A stretch of DNA of 63,998 bases, the filler included, from Piptocephalis cylindrospora (lineage: Eukaryota): assembly GCA_003614145.1 (NCBI GenBank). It is 3 parts of 3 records of this genome, joined end to end, with 100 filler letters (N's around TTAATTAATTAA, not from the genome) between each part and the next. Parts side by side here need not be neighbours in the genome. Positions count along the whole stretch, not along the records: positions 22,859 to 45,562 come from KZ987797.1; positions 45,663 to 63,998 come from KZ987837.1; 1 more part is not named here. One strand, given 5' to 3'. A program made the translations under genes and the position numbers. This document shows positions 36,956-47,780 of the stretch, in pieces (position 1 is the first letter of the stretch; each line of letters starts with the position of its first letter). Below the pieces are notes generated by a model, which ran no database searches, was not told where the DNA came from, and saw only the letters and a program-made list of their open reading frames with translations.

Positions 36956-38602
36956 ATGCTTCTTCAATTTGACCCTCAGCCCTTTCCACTTACGCTTTTC
37001 TTCCTGGGCGCACTCTGCTGGGTGTGTGCCCTTGTGGCCTCTGGCCTCCAGCGTAAGATTCATGTGTCCGAGACGGTCCTAGCCCTGGTGGTGGGCATTG
37101 TCCTGGGCCCTCATTGTCTAGGAACGATGCAGACCACAGCCTGGGGCTGGGATCCTATCTCCATGATAGGACATCTCTCCACCCTTCTTCTCTCCCTCCA
37201 GCTCATGTCCCTATCCCAGTCCTTGACTCGGACTCGACCATCCCTGGGCGACTTCCTTCCCTTGTTGGTTCTTCTACTCCCAGGATTCATTCTTTCTGGG
37301 GTTCTGACCTCCTTGGCATGCTTTCTCCTCCTGGACCTATCGGTGGTGGAAGCCATGTGCTTTGGAGTATGCTTGGCCCCGTTGGATCCGGTGCATGTGG
37401 CAGCCACTCTTCGAGGTCGTTTCGTCCAATCCCATCTACCTCCTCGACTCACCTGGCTTCTGGGGGCTGAAGCAGCTATGGAGCATGCCATTGCTCTTCC
37501 TACCCTGGCAATCCCCACCCTTCTTCTCCTTCATCCGGGGAAGGAAGGATGGGCCATGAGTCGATGGGCCCTGGAGGCCGTGGTTTATGATACCTTTGGA
37601 GCCCTTCTCATCGGGATGATGGTAGGGTGGGCAATGGGACGATTCCTCCCATTCCTCCGATCCCATGAGCTTCTTGAACCCACTTTGACCTCCACGGACA
37701 CTCTGACCTCCTTGCTTGCGTGCATTCTTTGTGGAGGGTCCGAGATGATCGGGTTGAATGGGCTGGCAGTTGTGTGCGCCTCAGGAGTCGGCATTGGCCT
37801 TGGGGATCGGGAGCCTCCGGTGCGTCTCATCTTTGAAACAACGGTGGGTAAGAGCACCACTTCATCTCCAAAAGCCACTCATCAGGTATCGGAAAGGCTT
37901 TGGCATGTTGAGCTCCTCCACTGGATCTTCCAGTGTATCCTCGGAGCATCCATACCCTTCTCGGATTATGCTTCGGTCAAGGTTCTGCATCCCGCACACT
38001 TGGTCCCTCTTGCTATGCTCCTACTTATCTTTCGCAGGATTCCAGCTGCCTTTCTCTCGCGACTCCTGCCTCCGAGTCGGCAAAAAGAAGATTTGGTGCC
38101 CAGAACACCCCGGTGCTCCAAGGAGGCCCTGTGGATCTCATGGTACGGCCCTGTAGGATGTCTTTCTCTTCATCTCACCCTGCAACTTCTGACTAGCCTG
38201 GGATCCACAAGTTCCCGGGGCCTGGAAGCCTTGTGGCCCACGGTGACTTTTATTTCCTTGTTTTCCTCTATCCTCCAGGGCTCATCTCTCCCTTCCCTTC
38301 TTCTCTTTCGGGAGAATTACTGCCCTTCGCGGTTAGAGAAGCCGGATCGACGGAAAAGTCGGCTGTGGACCCTGGAGACCGGGCAGCAAGAGGGCGTATG
38401 GGAGGACGGGGGTCGCGGTCCATGGAGGCGATGGAGTGAGGTGGGGGGGAGGGGAGCTTCCCATGCTTCTGCCCAGCAGAAGAAGGCTCTTGTGCCCATT
38501 GTTCGGGTTGACACATCCTCTCTTTCCGCTTCCTCCTCCTCTTTCTCCTCTTCTAGCTCATCCCTCTCCTCCTTCAAACCCAAAGGCACATCACAAAGGT
38601 GA
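36956..38602 (+). CDS. Divergent fungal Na+/H+ antiporter (CPA1, Nha1/Sod2-like)
   Basis: Multiple TM helices; SETVLALVVGIVLGPH, APLDPV..GRF, LLGAE, LLIFRRIPA, EALWISWYGPVG, LWPTVTF..SSILQGSS match the Nha1 family. Confidence 0.85.
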   Translation: MLLQFDPQPFPLTLFFLGALCWVCALVASGLQRKIHVSETVLALVVGIVLGPHCLGTMQTTAWGWDPISMIGHLSTLLLSLQLMSLSQSLTRTRPSLGDFLPLLVLLLPGFILSGVLTSLACFLLLDLSVVEAMCFGVCLAPLDPVHVAATLRGRFVQSHLPPRLTWLLGAEAAMEHAIALPTLAIPTLLLLHPGKEGWAMSRWALEAVVYDTFGALLIGMMVGWAMGRFLPFLRSHELLEPTLTSTDTLTSLLACILCGGSEMIGLNGLAVVCASGVGIGLGDREPPVRLIFETTVGKSTTSSPKATHQVSERLWHVELLHWIFQCILGASIPFSDYASVKVLHPAHLVPLAMLLLIFRRIPAAFLSRLLPPSRQKEDLVPRTPRCSKEALWISWYGPVGCLSLHLTLQLLTSLGSTSSRGLEALWPTVTFISLFSSILQGSSLPSLLLFRENYCPSRLEKPDRRKSRLWTLETGQQEGVWEDGGRGPWRRWSEVGGRGASHASAQQKKALVPIVRVDTSSLSASSSSFSSSSSSLSSFKPKGTSQR

Positions 38603-38699
38603 TGGTGTCGGGTCTTTGGATTGGAAAGAAATACATATTTTCACTCATTCTTGTACTCAACCATCACGGACACACACACGTGAATGTCTATTGCTCGAT

Positions 38700-39887
38700 T
38701 TATGCCCTCAATTCTTCATCAGAAAGGGTCAGGGCCTGTGAGAGACGGGCACAACACTCCTCCATCTCCTCAGGGGTCCCAACAGTGATACGAAGAGCAC
38801 CTAAGCATTGTGGGAGGCTACCGCGATACCGGACCACTATCTGGGACCTCTCGGCCATCCAAGTGTAGATGGCCAAGGCACGGGCGGGGTCAGGGCCAGA
38901 AGAGTCGCGTGAGAGGACCTCGACGAGGATGAAATTGGCGTCCCGTCCACCGAGGAAGCGTCCAATCCCCTGGGAGGACATATCACGCAGACGATTAACT
39001 AAAAGCTCCCGCTGCTCCAGCAGTTTGGATACGCCGTTTCGCATACCATCCAGGGCTTCAGGTGCCAGGGCATCATGAGCAATGTCGGCCGTGGGACCTG
39101 CAATGTTGTAGGGGTATTTGGCATTGAGTAAATATTGGATTAGGGGCTCAGAGGCCATGGCAAGACCCAGACGGATGCCAGCAAGGCCAAAGCCCTTGGA
39201 CAGGGTCTGGAGGACCACTACATTGGGATGACCCTCCCGGATGAAACGGACCCCGCTGCCCCGACCACCATCCTCCTCCCGAGATTGGAGGAAATCAATG
39301 TAGGCCTCGTCAATGACATAAATGACCTCGCGGTTCGCATCCAACAAGGCTTGGATGTCTGAGAGACGCAGGGCTTCCCCAGTAGGATTACCTGGGGAGC
39401 ACAAGTAGACTAATCTGACCCGAGGTCCTTCCTTGTTGTCCAGCGCCTTGAGGATTTCGGGGACGTTAAGCTGAAAGTGATCGGGGTGGCCAGGATGGAC
39501 ATTCAGGGGAACCTGCACAACGGCCAAGTCATTGACCTGAGCACATACCGAGTACATACCGTAGGTAGGTGGACAAACCAAGATGGCGTCGGAGGCCGGG
39601 GTGCAAAAGACCCGTTGGAGCAGGTCAATGGGCTCGTCACTCCCATTCCCCAGCACCACCTGAGTACCCTTGACACCTCGAAGAGCTGCATAACGATCAC
39701 GGATGCGGTCGTGAACTGGGTCAGGGTACCGGTGCCATTGACCTTCGCGATGAACCGCAGACCCAAAAGCATTTTCGTTGGCGTCAAGCAGCACCCCTTT
39801 AGAGTAGTCATCTCGTGCACACCGGTATGGGGTGAGTGCCTTGATATTGGGACGGACAATAGTGTCAAGAGCGGTTTCTGGAAGCAT
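38700..39887 (-). CDS. HIS5: Histidinol-phosphate aminotransferase
   Basis: PYRCARDDY, LLDANEN, RYPDP, GSDEPID, CPPTYGMYSVCAQVND, CSPGNPTG, IDEAYIDF, PLP-Lys motif TLSKGFGLAGIRLG, ANFILV, LRITVGT. Confidence 0.96.
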   Translation of the reverse strand: MLPETALDTIVRPNIKALTPYRCARDDYSKGVLLDANENAFGSAVHREGQWHRYPDPVHDRIRDRYAALRGVKGTQVVLGNGSDEPIDLLQRVFCTPASDAILVCPPTYGMYSVCAQVNDLAVVQVPLNVHPGHPDHFQLNVPEILKALDNKEGPRVRLVYLCSPGNPTGEALRLSDIQALLDANREVIYVIDEAYIDFLQSREEDGGRGSGVRFIREGHPNVVVLQTLSKGFGLAGIRLGLAMASEPLIQYLLNAKYPYNIAGPTADIAHDALAPEALDGMRNGVSKLLEQRELLVNRLRDMSSQGIGRFLGGRDANFILVEVLSRDSSGPDPARALAIYTWMAERSQIVVRYRGSLPQCLGALRITVGTPEEMEECCARLSQALTLSDEELRA

Positions 39888-40738
39888 ATCGAGATGGCAA
39901 ATGATAAAGGTTGTGGGATGGGATGGGATGGGTTGGGAATGATGATGCTCGGGACTGGAGTGTTATTATATTGTGTTTTGGCCCATCCTTATCAGAAAGA
40001 CCAGGGAGATGAGATGAGCGGGGAGACGTATTGATCTGGACGTGTGTGATTGGGCGAGGGGCACTGTCACACTCAGTCATATAGGAGATGGACAAGATCT
40101 GTGTAGTAGTAGTATGAGAAAGGTATATTTATTTTTGACCTTTTTGGCCGAGGCCACAATGGGCCTTGCAGGGTATAATAGTGCAGGAGCCATTTCGCTA
40201 TTTACTACTACTAGTGATGACGCAGAAACAATAGAGGCTATACTCACGTCAAATGACGGTTCTGTTAGCTCGAATGGTGTAATCATACTAGTATTCATAT
40301 TAGATAGCGACCTTGGGACCACGCGATTAGTCGCATTGAATTTGAGGATAAGTTGATTATGGGCCAAGGAAATAATCAATTGGATGCGCAAGAATATATA
40401 AAATTGTGAATGTTGAGGGGAGAAGCAACCTACCAACAAAGTCCACCATCTTCATCCTAGTAGTAGTAGTAAACAGCCACCATCATTCTGATTGTGTGAA
40501 TAGAGTCGCCAGCGACAAAAATGACGAAATCTATAAATTCTAGATGTGAGCGGAAAAGTTGGGGGCTGCGGTTTTAAAAAAAGGAAAAGAGCGATCATAA
40601 TCATCCCTTTTGGCGGGAAAGACTGGACAATACCGGATACAGGAGCCTCGAAAATAGCTACTGACCTTATTGTACCTTCTCTCCCTTTTCATCTTAGCAA
40701 CAGCACTTTCATTCATTACCTCTACCTAATACAAGGCC

Positions 40739-42517
40739 ATGTCCAACACAGAAGGAAACCTCGGCGCTGGAGAGGACAGGCTAAGAAGGCGACGAGAGCC
40801 GGGGATTTGTGTAAAGTGTCGAACGGAAAAGGCATGTGCATACGTCCGGGAAGCTGGGTACTGCCAGTAAGTGGATTAGATGCATGTGATCTGGTGCATA
40901 TGACCTATTGACTCCTTTTCCCGGATAGACCTTGCTTCATCCATCAAATGACCGGCAAGGTGCGGACCCATCTGACTAGGACGCCTCTGCCAGGGGATAT
41001 CCGAGAAGTCCGAGGCAAGTGTCGGGTCCTTTTGGCCTTTTCCGGCGGACCATCTTCCAGGTAATGCATCATGATTTCTTGGATCATATGACTGAGATGG
41101 AGGAAAGTGAATAGTGTATCTGACCATGACTCCTCTTGATTCAGAGTCCTACTGGACATGGTGGCTCATTACACGGGAGAGCATGTGAACCAACAAGCAC
41201 GTCGTTTTGGCGAAATTTCCGTCGTGCATGTGGATGAATCGATCTTAGAGGAGGATGAAAACGCTTCTTGCTCCACCTTACGCCATGATATTCAAAACGT
41301 AGTGGACTCTTATGGGATGCGTTTAAGCGTGGTGGCGTTGCCATCGGCATTTTCCACGACGGATGACCCGGATGGTCGAAGGGGCTTTGAAAAATGCCGT
41401 CAGTCCTATTCATCTAATGGATCTAAGAGCTCAGAAGAAGATTTGGTACGGCAGATTAAGATGCACCTCCTTCGACAGGTGGCCTTGGAGCAAGGTGCCA
41501 CTATTCTACTGACCGGGGATTCGGCCACTCGAACCGCCATTCACACCCTCTTGGAGATTACCCAAGGTCGGGGGTACACTCTACCCTTCCTTGTGGGTCC
41601 TACTTCCACCACAGGATACCCTGGTAAGTGGACATGGGATGGAGGAAAGAGGCAAAGATACGAATGACCTCTGACCATGGTATGATAGACGTGGTGGTTT
41701 GGAGGCCACTTCGTGACTGTCTGGCCAAGGAGATGGATCAGTATATTGCATTCCAAGAGTTACAGGTCCCCAAGAACACTGAGAAAAAAGAAGACAAGTC
41801 AGAGCCCACCACTTTATACGGGATGACTCAATGTGAGTAGATAAGGACTGTGGTGGGCAGGATCAGATGGGTAGGGCATTTACTCATCCCCCACTCGATC
41901 CATTCATTCACTATAGCTTTCATCGTGGGTCTTGATGAAGGGTTCCCCGCCACAGCCAGTACAGTGGCTAGAACCGCAGCCAAGTTACGCGTCGCACCCG
42001 AGGCATTGGAATCATCCGACGAGAGAATCAGTCGATGCGTAATATGTGATTTGTAAGTTCTCACGATACATGGAGGTTTACAAACTCTACTGCCTCACCT
42101 CACCTTTCTACTCTCCTTATTCGGGTCATGGGTAGGCCGGTCCAAGGAGGCTCACAAGGATGGAGAGATCGCTGTGCTATTCTCGGCCGTTCTACCAAGG
42201 CAGACGATCGGGAAAAGGGATGTGGAGATAGCAGCAAGGATGCAGGATGTTGTGGGGGCAGTGGAGACAGCGGATGTAATGGTGATCGCCCATCCAATCA
42301 AGGGACCTCATCTTCCCTTCCTATGGCGCTCTGCTATGGATGCCGGGTAGCTGCATCTGCTGATAAAGGAAAGAAGGAGGATGTTGAAAGGGATACGCCC
42401 CTACTTTGGCCCAGATATGCTCAGCACGCCTTGGATCAGCAGACAAAAGATGCTAAAGTAGAGGGGCTACGGGAGCAGATCCAAGATTTTTTGCTAGAAG
42501 ATGAGGAGGACCAATAG
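40739..42517 (+). CDS. NCS2: Cytoplasmic tRNA 2-thiolation protein 2 (multi-exon)
   Basis: N-terminal CVKC..YC, LLAFSGGPSS, VVHVDES, EEDL, LLTGDSATRTA..I..GRG, RPLRDCLAKE, FPATASTVARTAAKL, CVICD and LCYGC; several GT-AG introns. Confidence 0.88.
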
Positions 42518-42836
42518 ATCAAAGGAATTGGGAGGATTACAAAAATAATACCGTTGCCAAGGATGGACCGGAATTACTTTCGGAGATGACCTATCCTGAT
42601 GGAGGTGTGTGGACAAACAGCAATCTGTAGTGTCCATAGATCGGAGTTGACACCATCTTGACTAGACGTGTCCTCTCCGCCAAGGCACTTGTGAGAGAGA
42701 TGAGGTGCCAGCTGACGATGCCAAGACAGGGGGAGAAGTATAAAGCGCACATGGGTTCAAGGAAGTCAAAAGAGAGCATTCTTTCGCCTTACCTTGCCTT
42801 CTCCCCGTCCCATCATCCCTTTGTTCACAAGCACAT

Positions 42837-43643
42837 ATGACCGTCACCAAACAAGCTGTTTTGGAGGGAGGGGATGATACGTCTCTTGTTCATTCCAAGA
42901 CCATGGTTCAAGAGGCCATCCTGACGGACGAGGAGGACGGGTCCCTGACCCGAACAAAGACCACTGTTGAGGAGACTATCACTCGTCAAGTAGGCGTCTC
43001 CAATGAGGAGGAGGAGGAGGAGGAAGAAGAGGGCGCCAAGGAAGAAAAATCAAAGAGGGAGCGTTTCAAGGAATTCTCCAAGAAAAAGATTTATGATGTC
43101 ACTCACCCGACCAAGGCCAGCGTGGATGGCTTTTTGGCCGGAGGTGCGGCTTCATTGGTGGTGGGGGCTGGGGTGACGGTGGCGACGCTTAATCCCGTCC
43201 TCGGAGCCATTGCCGGAGGGGCAGCGGGAGGGGTAGTGGGAAAAGAGGTGAAAGTGGCGGTGCAAAACCATGAAAAGGGTCAAGACGAGGAGATGCCTGA
43301 AACCAAAGAGGAGTGGGAGGAAGCAGCAGAGAAGCACTGGGATCAGGATAAATGGGAAGCCCTTGGCGGTGGATTGGGTGCTGGGGTGGGCACGGTAGGG
43401 GGAGGCTTGGTAGCCGGCCAAGTCTTGCAACACGTCGAGGGTGGAATAACCAAAATGGCCGTACATCATGGTGTCTCCGAGGGCCTATCCCACGGTGTAG
43501 AAGGCCAAGTAAGCCACTATCACAAGGGAAGGGAGAAGAGCAAGAGGGTGGCTAGGGGAGATGATAGTGAGGACAAGAAGAGTGACGATGATGAGGACAA
43601 GAAGAGTGACGATGATGAGGACAAGAAGAGCGATCATGAGTGA
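42837..43643 (+). CDS. Acidic protein with glycine-zipper hydrophobic segments (unknown function)
   Basis: 268-aa intronless ORF; GxxxGxxxG segments (GAIAGGAAGGVVG, GGGLGAGVGTVGGG); poly-E tract and a C-terminal repeat. Confidence 0.7.
   Translation: MTVTKQAVLEGGDDTSLVHSKTMVQEAILTDEEDGSLTRTKTTVEETITRQVGVSNEEEEEEEEEGAKEEKSKRERFKEFSKKKIYDVTHPTKASVDGFLAGGAASLVVGAGVTVATLNPVLGAIAGGAAGGVVGKEVKVAVQNHEKGQDEEMPETKEEWEEAAEKHWDQDKWEALGGGLGAGVGTVGGGLVAGQVLQHVEGGITKMAVHHGVSEGLSHGVEGQVSHYHKGREKSKRVARGDDSEDKKSDDDEDKKSDDDEDKKSDHE
43569..43640 (+). repeat. Coding 24-nt tandem repeat x3 (EDKKSDDD)
   Basis: GAGGACAAGAAGAGTGACGATGAT repeated three times, the last copy imperfect. Confidence 0.9.
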
Positions 43644-44000
43644 TAGATGATCCTTGCAGGGACGCATCTGCATGCCGCTCTCATCAGATGCAATGAACAT
43701 ATCAAGAGGCCTTGAAGACCCAATCGAGACTGGCGACGCGTATACGAAAAGTAATGTGAGCAATATTGGACAATTCTAGATGGGAAAACACCACCACTAT
43801 CGGACTTTCAATTGGAGCTGCTGGGATAAAAGCTTTGGCTGCCTTCGTTGTCTATCTAAGCATACATTGAATTGACACTCTCTTCTCACTTTCATCTGAC
43901 CTTTCTTCTCATCTTTCATCTACCCTTTCCTATTAGCCTCTAACGACATCATCATTATCATTGAAACTTCAACGATACTCTCTACTCCCCAAAACCCGTG

Positions 44001-44930
44001 ATGACTCTTCTCTTTGCCCGACGTCCTTCTTCCCCTCTCCCCATTCCCATCATCTTCCTTCTCCTTCTTCCTCTTATCTCTGCGGCGCCTCCCTTCAATG
44101 ATTCACCCCACTCTCATATCATTGAACAATCCTCAGTTGCGACGGTGCATGACCCCAACGTGCTCACCCCCGTTACGATGCTGAATACGACCGAACCTTC
44201 TGCTCTCGAGCATTCTTCTGCCCCAGACTTACCTGATGCACCTTTGGACAGTGTGGCTACTACTTTGAGTGACTCATCAGATTCTGGAACGATAAACAGC
44301 ACTTTCGGTATTGGAATTGACTCGGAGGTTGCAATTTCCACGGATCGTACCTCACCGGACTCGGAAGCAACTACTCCCATTGCCAATGCTGTATCCGATC
44401 CCGAGACCATCTCTCTACCGACAGATAGCTCATCTAGGTCGGATATTGTTCCCCATTTGACTAATACTTCATTTGAAACCATTACAGGCTCCTCCTCTGA
44501 ACCAAATAATACCCTCATTGTCCTTGATGATGCTCCTGTTCAGGATGGACCGTCCCCTACAGCAGAGAAAGCTGATACTCCAAACTCTTTCTTTCATCCG
44601 CTAGTACAGTCCGGAAAGGAGGCAGGTCAATATTTAGATCGGGAAAAGGCCAACCTTGCAGGAAAGGCCATGCAGGGGGCAGTGATTGGAACAGGCGCCG
44701 TCTTGTTGCCTGGAGTACTTCCTGCCATAGCTGCCACAGGGGCCATTGGACTTCTCGGCGGGCTTGCGGGATCCGAGATGACCCGTGGGATTCGCCGGGC
44801 AGAAAAGGGGGAAGCCCTTGTCCAACTTCCTCAAAATCTTACCGAGGCCAAGGACGATGTAGCTCGACGTGCTCAGGAAGATGTACTGCCTAGTATTCGA
44901 GGGCTCGTTGGGTTCAAAGCTCCATGGTAG
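44001..44930 (+). CDS. Secreted S/T/D-rich protein with C-terminal glycine-zipper domain related to the upstream gene
   Basis: Signal (PIIFLLLLPLISA), mucin-like linker, then GAVIGTGAV..GAIGLLGGLAGSEM..AEKG. Confidence 0.7.
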   Translation: MTLLFARRPSSPLPIPIIFLLLLPLISAAPPFNDSPHSHIIEQSSVATVHDPNVLTPVTMLNTTEPSALEHSSAPDLPDAPLDSVATTLSDSSDSGTINSTFGIGIDSEVAISTDRTSPDSEATTPIANAVSDPETISLPTDSSSRSDIVPHLTNTSFETITGSSSEPNNTLIVLDDAPVQDGPSPTAEKADTPNSFFHPLVQSGKEAGQYLDREKANLAGKAMQGAVIGTGAVLLPGVLPAIAATGAIGLLGGLAGSEMTRGIRRAEKGEALVQLPQNLTEAKDDVARRAQEDVLPSIRGLVGFKAPW

Positions 44931-45562
44931 TGGTCTACTGGATACCAGGGCGCTAATTGAACCGGCCTTGTATGCTCCATTCACAGCGGTGTGTCTGGTT
45001 TATTGCTTATGAATAGAGTGAATTAGACTTTTCAAGTGAAATTGAAAGGACAGGAGCGGGAATTGAATTTCTGGTTAGCCGTAGAGGGATATGTGGGAAG
45101 GGACGATGGGCCTGGCCTGGATCGGCGAATCGGGCTACTGCCTCCTTGGCGCACACATACATACCAACTAGGAGTCAGCCCACCTTGGGATGAGGAGGAT
45201 GGGAGATGACTGGTGGGGAATTCCTCCTAAGCAGTGTGTCTCCGCTGCCTCATTCATCCAGGTTTCCGTATAAGACAGGGTGTAGATCACCCATCCCTAT
45301 CCACTCTACCCTTCCTTCCCCAACCCACATCTCACCAACGCCTCAGCATCCCAACCCAGTTCCCCAACGCCTCTCCCCTCCAAGTCCCCCCCCCCCCCCC
45401 CCCCCCCCCCACCCACCCATCAAACCACACCATGTCCCCCAGCGTTTCTCCGAGAAAATTTGCCAACCCTTGAACCCACACCCCCCCCCCCTATCTCCTT
45501 TCTTCAAAATAGCACCCCCCAGACGCCCGCTCACCTCGGCCATACTAATATCCACTCCATAT

Positions 45563-45662
45563 NNNNNNNNNNNNNNNNNNNNNNNNNNNNNNNNNNNNNN
45601 NNNNNNTTAATTAATTAANNNNNNNNNNNNNNNNNNNNNNNNNNNNNNNNNNNNNNNNNNNN
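45563..45662. other. Artificial contig linker (N-run with TTAATTAATTAA)
   Basis: Same 100-nt structure as at 22759. Confidence 0.97.
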
Positions 45663-47780
45663 ACTTTGGCCCGCCTCCCCCCGCCTTCAACGAGGACCAG
45701 GATCATGGATACGGGGAAGGCACAGATGAGATGAAGGGAGAGGGGGGGAGGGAGGGTAGAGAGGGTATAAGTAGAGGGTTGAAGAAAGAAGGGAGGGGGG
45801 AGGGGGAGGGGGCAAGGGACGGAAAGGGCAAGAAAAAGAGCGGGGTTATATACTCGCACCCGTTCGCTAGGAGGGAGGAGAAGGCTGGGCGAGGGTGGAA
45901 GCCTTGGCAAGAAAAATGGCTAATGTCGGTGTTGGTGGCGGGGCAAGGGAGAGAGAGAGAGAGAGAGAAGGGGAGAAGATGGGACCGGACCCTCTGACTG
46001 GATAGCCTGGAGGGTGGGGACGGGGGGACAGGAAGATCGAAATAGCAGGAGTAGTGAGGGGGGCAGCAGCGGGGTTTTGGGAACACACACACACACTGGT
46101 TCGCTCACAGGGCGAGTGGGAAGGGGAGGAGGAACAGACCAAAAGTAGAGCAGGAGCAGTGGAGGCAAGAGGGAGAGGAGGACAGGCCCGCGCCCTCCTG
46201 ACTGGACTAGGCTGGGCTGGGCAAGCGGACTGATATGGGAGGCAAGGTAAAGGCAGAGATAGGGAGACAAGGGCCCAATCAGGGGGAGTATCGTGCTAAG
46301 CAAGGGGACGGGAGTGGCTGGGGATGGAAGGCGGGGACTGCAAGGCTCCCTTGTGATTGATATCGGAGGCCAAGTGGCAGACTCTTACTTTTCTGTCCGT
46401 GTGACCAATGAACGGCAGGGCTCTGCCACCATCTTGCTATGCCCTACAGGAGCGAGCCATTGAAGGGGTGCATCCCTCCCAGGTCTCGTTTGTGTGGGGG
46501 CGGGGAAGAAAGGGGAGAGAAGAGGGCGCATGGCTCAAGGTGTGTTTTGTAGAGAGCAGAGTAGACCAGGTGCACTGGACTAGCTCGCTCACTATGCAGG
46601 TGGAGTGTTTGAGAATCAGAGGAAAGTGTGTGTGTGTGTGTGTGTGTGTCTTGAGAAAGAATAGGGGGAGCACACACACGCACACACAGAGAGAGACGTA
46701 GTGGAGTATCGAGTCGAGCGGAGCGGAAAAGACGGGCATTGAGATATTCTAAAAATAGCCTCTGTCACCTGGAAGCGACAGTTGATCTCTAATTTCGGCT
46801 GATCCATGGTGACCGGGGAAAAGGATGAAAAAATAGGGATTGGATGGCTCACAAGATTGCTTTACAAAGGTCCGAGGCAAGGGCTATGAATAGATCGTTG
46901 TGAGGTCATGATGGCGAGGTGGATGGAAGCGGACCCTTGTTTTCTCTTGCGTAGGCGTGCAAGCCATCCTCTCCATCTCCTCGCGCCATCCCACGTCTAT
47001 TTGGTAGACGTGGAAGGGAGAGAGAGAGGGGGGAGGGGAGACGTGGTGGCTGGCGCTGGAGAAGGAGGAGAAAAGGAACAAGCAAGAAACAATCGCTCCA
47101 TCTACCAGGTAGAATGATGCTTCACTGAGAGGCACAGACATGATCAGCACACAAGGACACTTTTCGGACGTCAGGGAGGACCCGTCCTGAGAGGGAGAGA
47201 TAGCGCCTGAAAGGCCAAAGACGTCCCATCCCCACACCTTTCCAATACAACTCCGACGATCCCCATCCAATCTCTAAACCATCCAAGCTCAACCCCGATT
47301 CCCCTGGCCCAATCCTCAGTCCCCACAGAACCCACCCCGACCACTCCGCTTATAGCCCCGACCACCCCACTCCGCTCATCATATCAGCCCTGCACCCCAA
47401 TCCCCCTCAGCCTCTCCAATCCCATCTGTACATGAACCCTGCATGTAGGTCTCCATGCTCATCTCCTCACCCGCCCACTGCATCCCCCTCAAGGGCCTAC
47501 CGTGCAGATGGGTCTGGGTAGGATGGGCCTGTGATCTGACGAACGCTTCATCACTCCGACTCTACTCTACTTGACTCGGCTCGACTCGACTCTGCTTCAT
47601 CTCATCCCTGTCTTTCCGAACCTTCATCCCGCTTTATCCCCTGGTCTTGTTCCCCTTGCCTTGCCAGTCCCCTGGTCTTCTTCTTCTTCTTCTTCTTCTT
47701 CTTCTTCTTCTTCATCCTACCACATCTTGCCTCGCTCAACCATACTCCCCAGCCTTGCCATCTTGCCATCCCATAGTTCA

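Noticed and set aside
38700..39887. Intronless HIS5 as a possible bacterial transfer
   Set aside because: Carries the fungal-type PYRCARDDY and CPPTYGMYSVCAQVND motifs, and many native genes here lack introns.
40307..40340. CCTTGGGACCACGC resembling the middle of the repeat
   Set aside because: No flanking hairpin, core or tail; probably a chance match.
45206..47400. Pro/Gly-rich ORFs near the second gap
   Set aside because: Derived from poly-C, GA and GT low-complexity tracts at contig ends or in UTR/promoter sequence.
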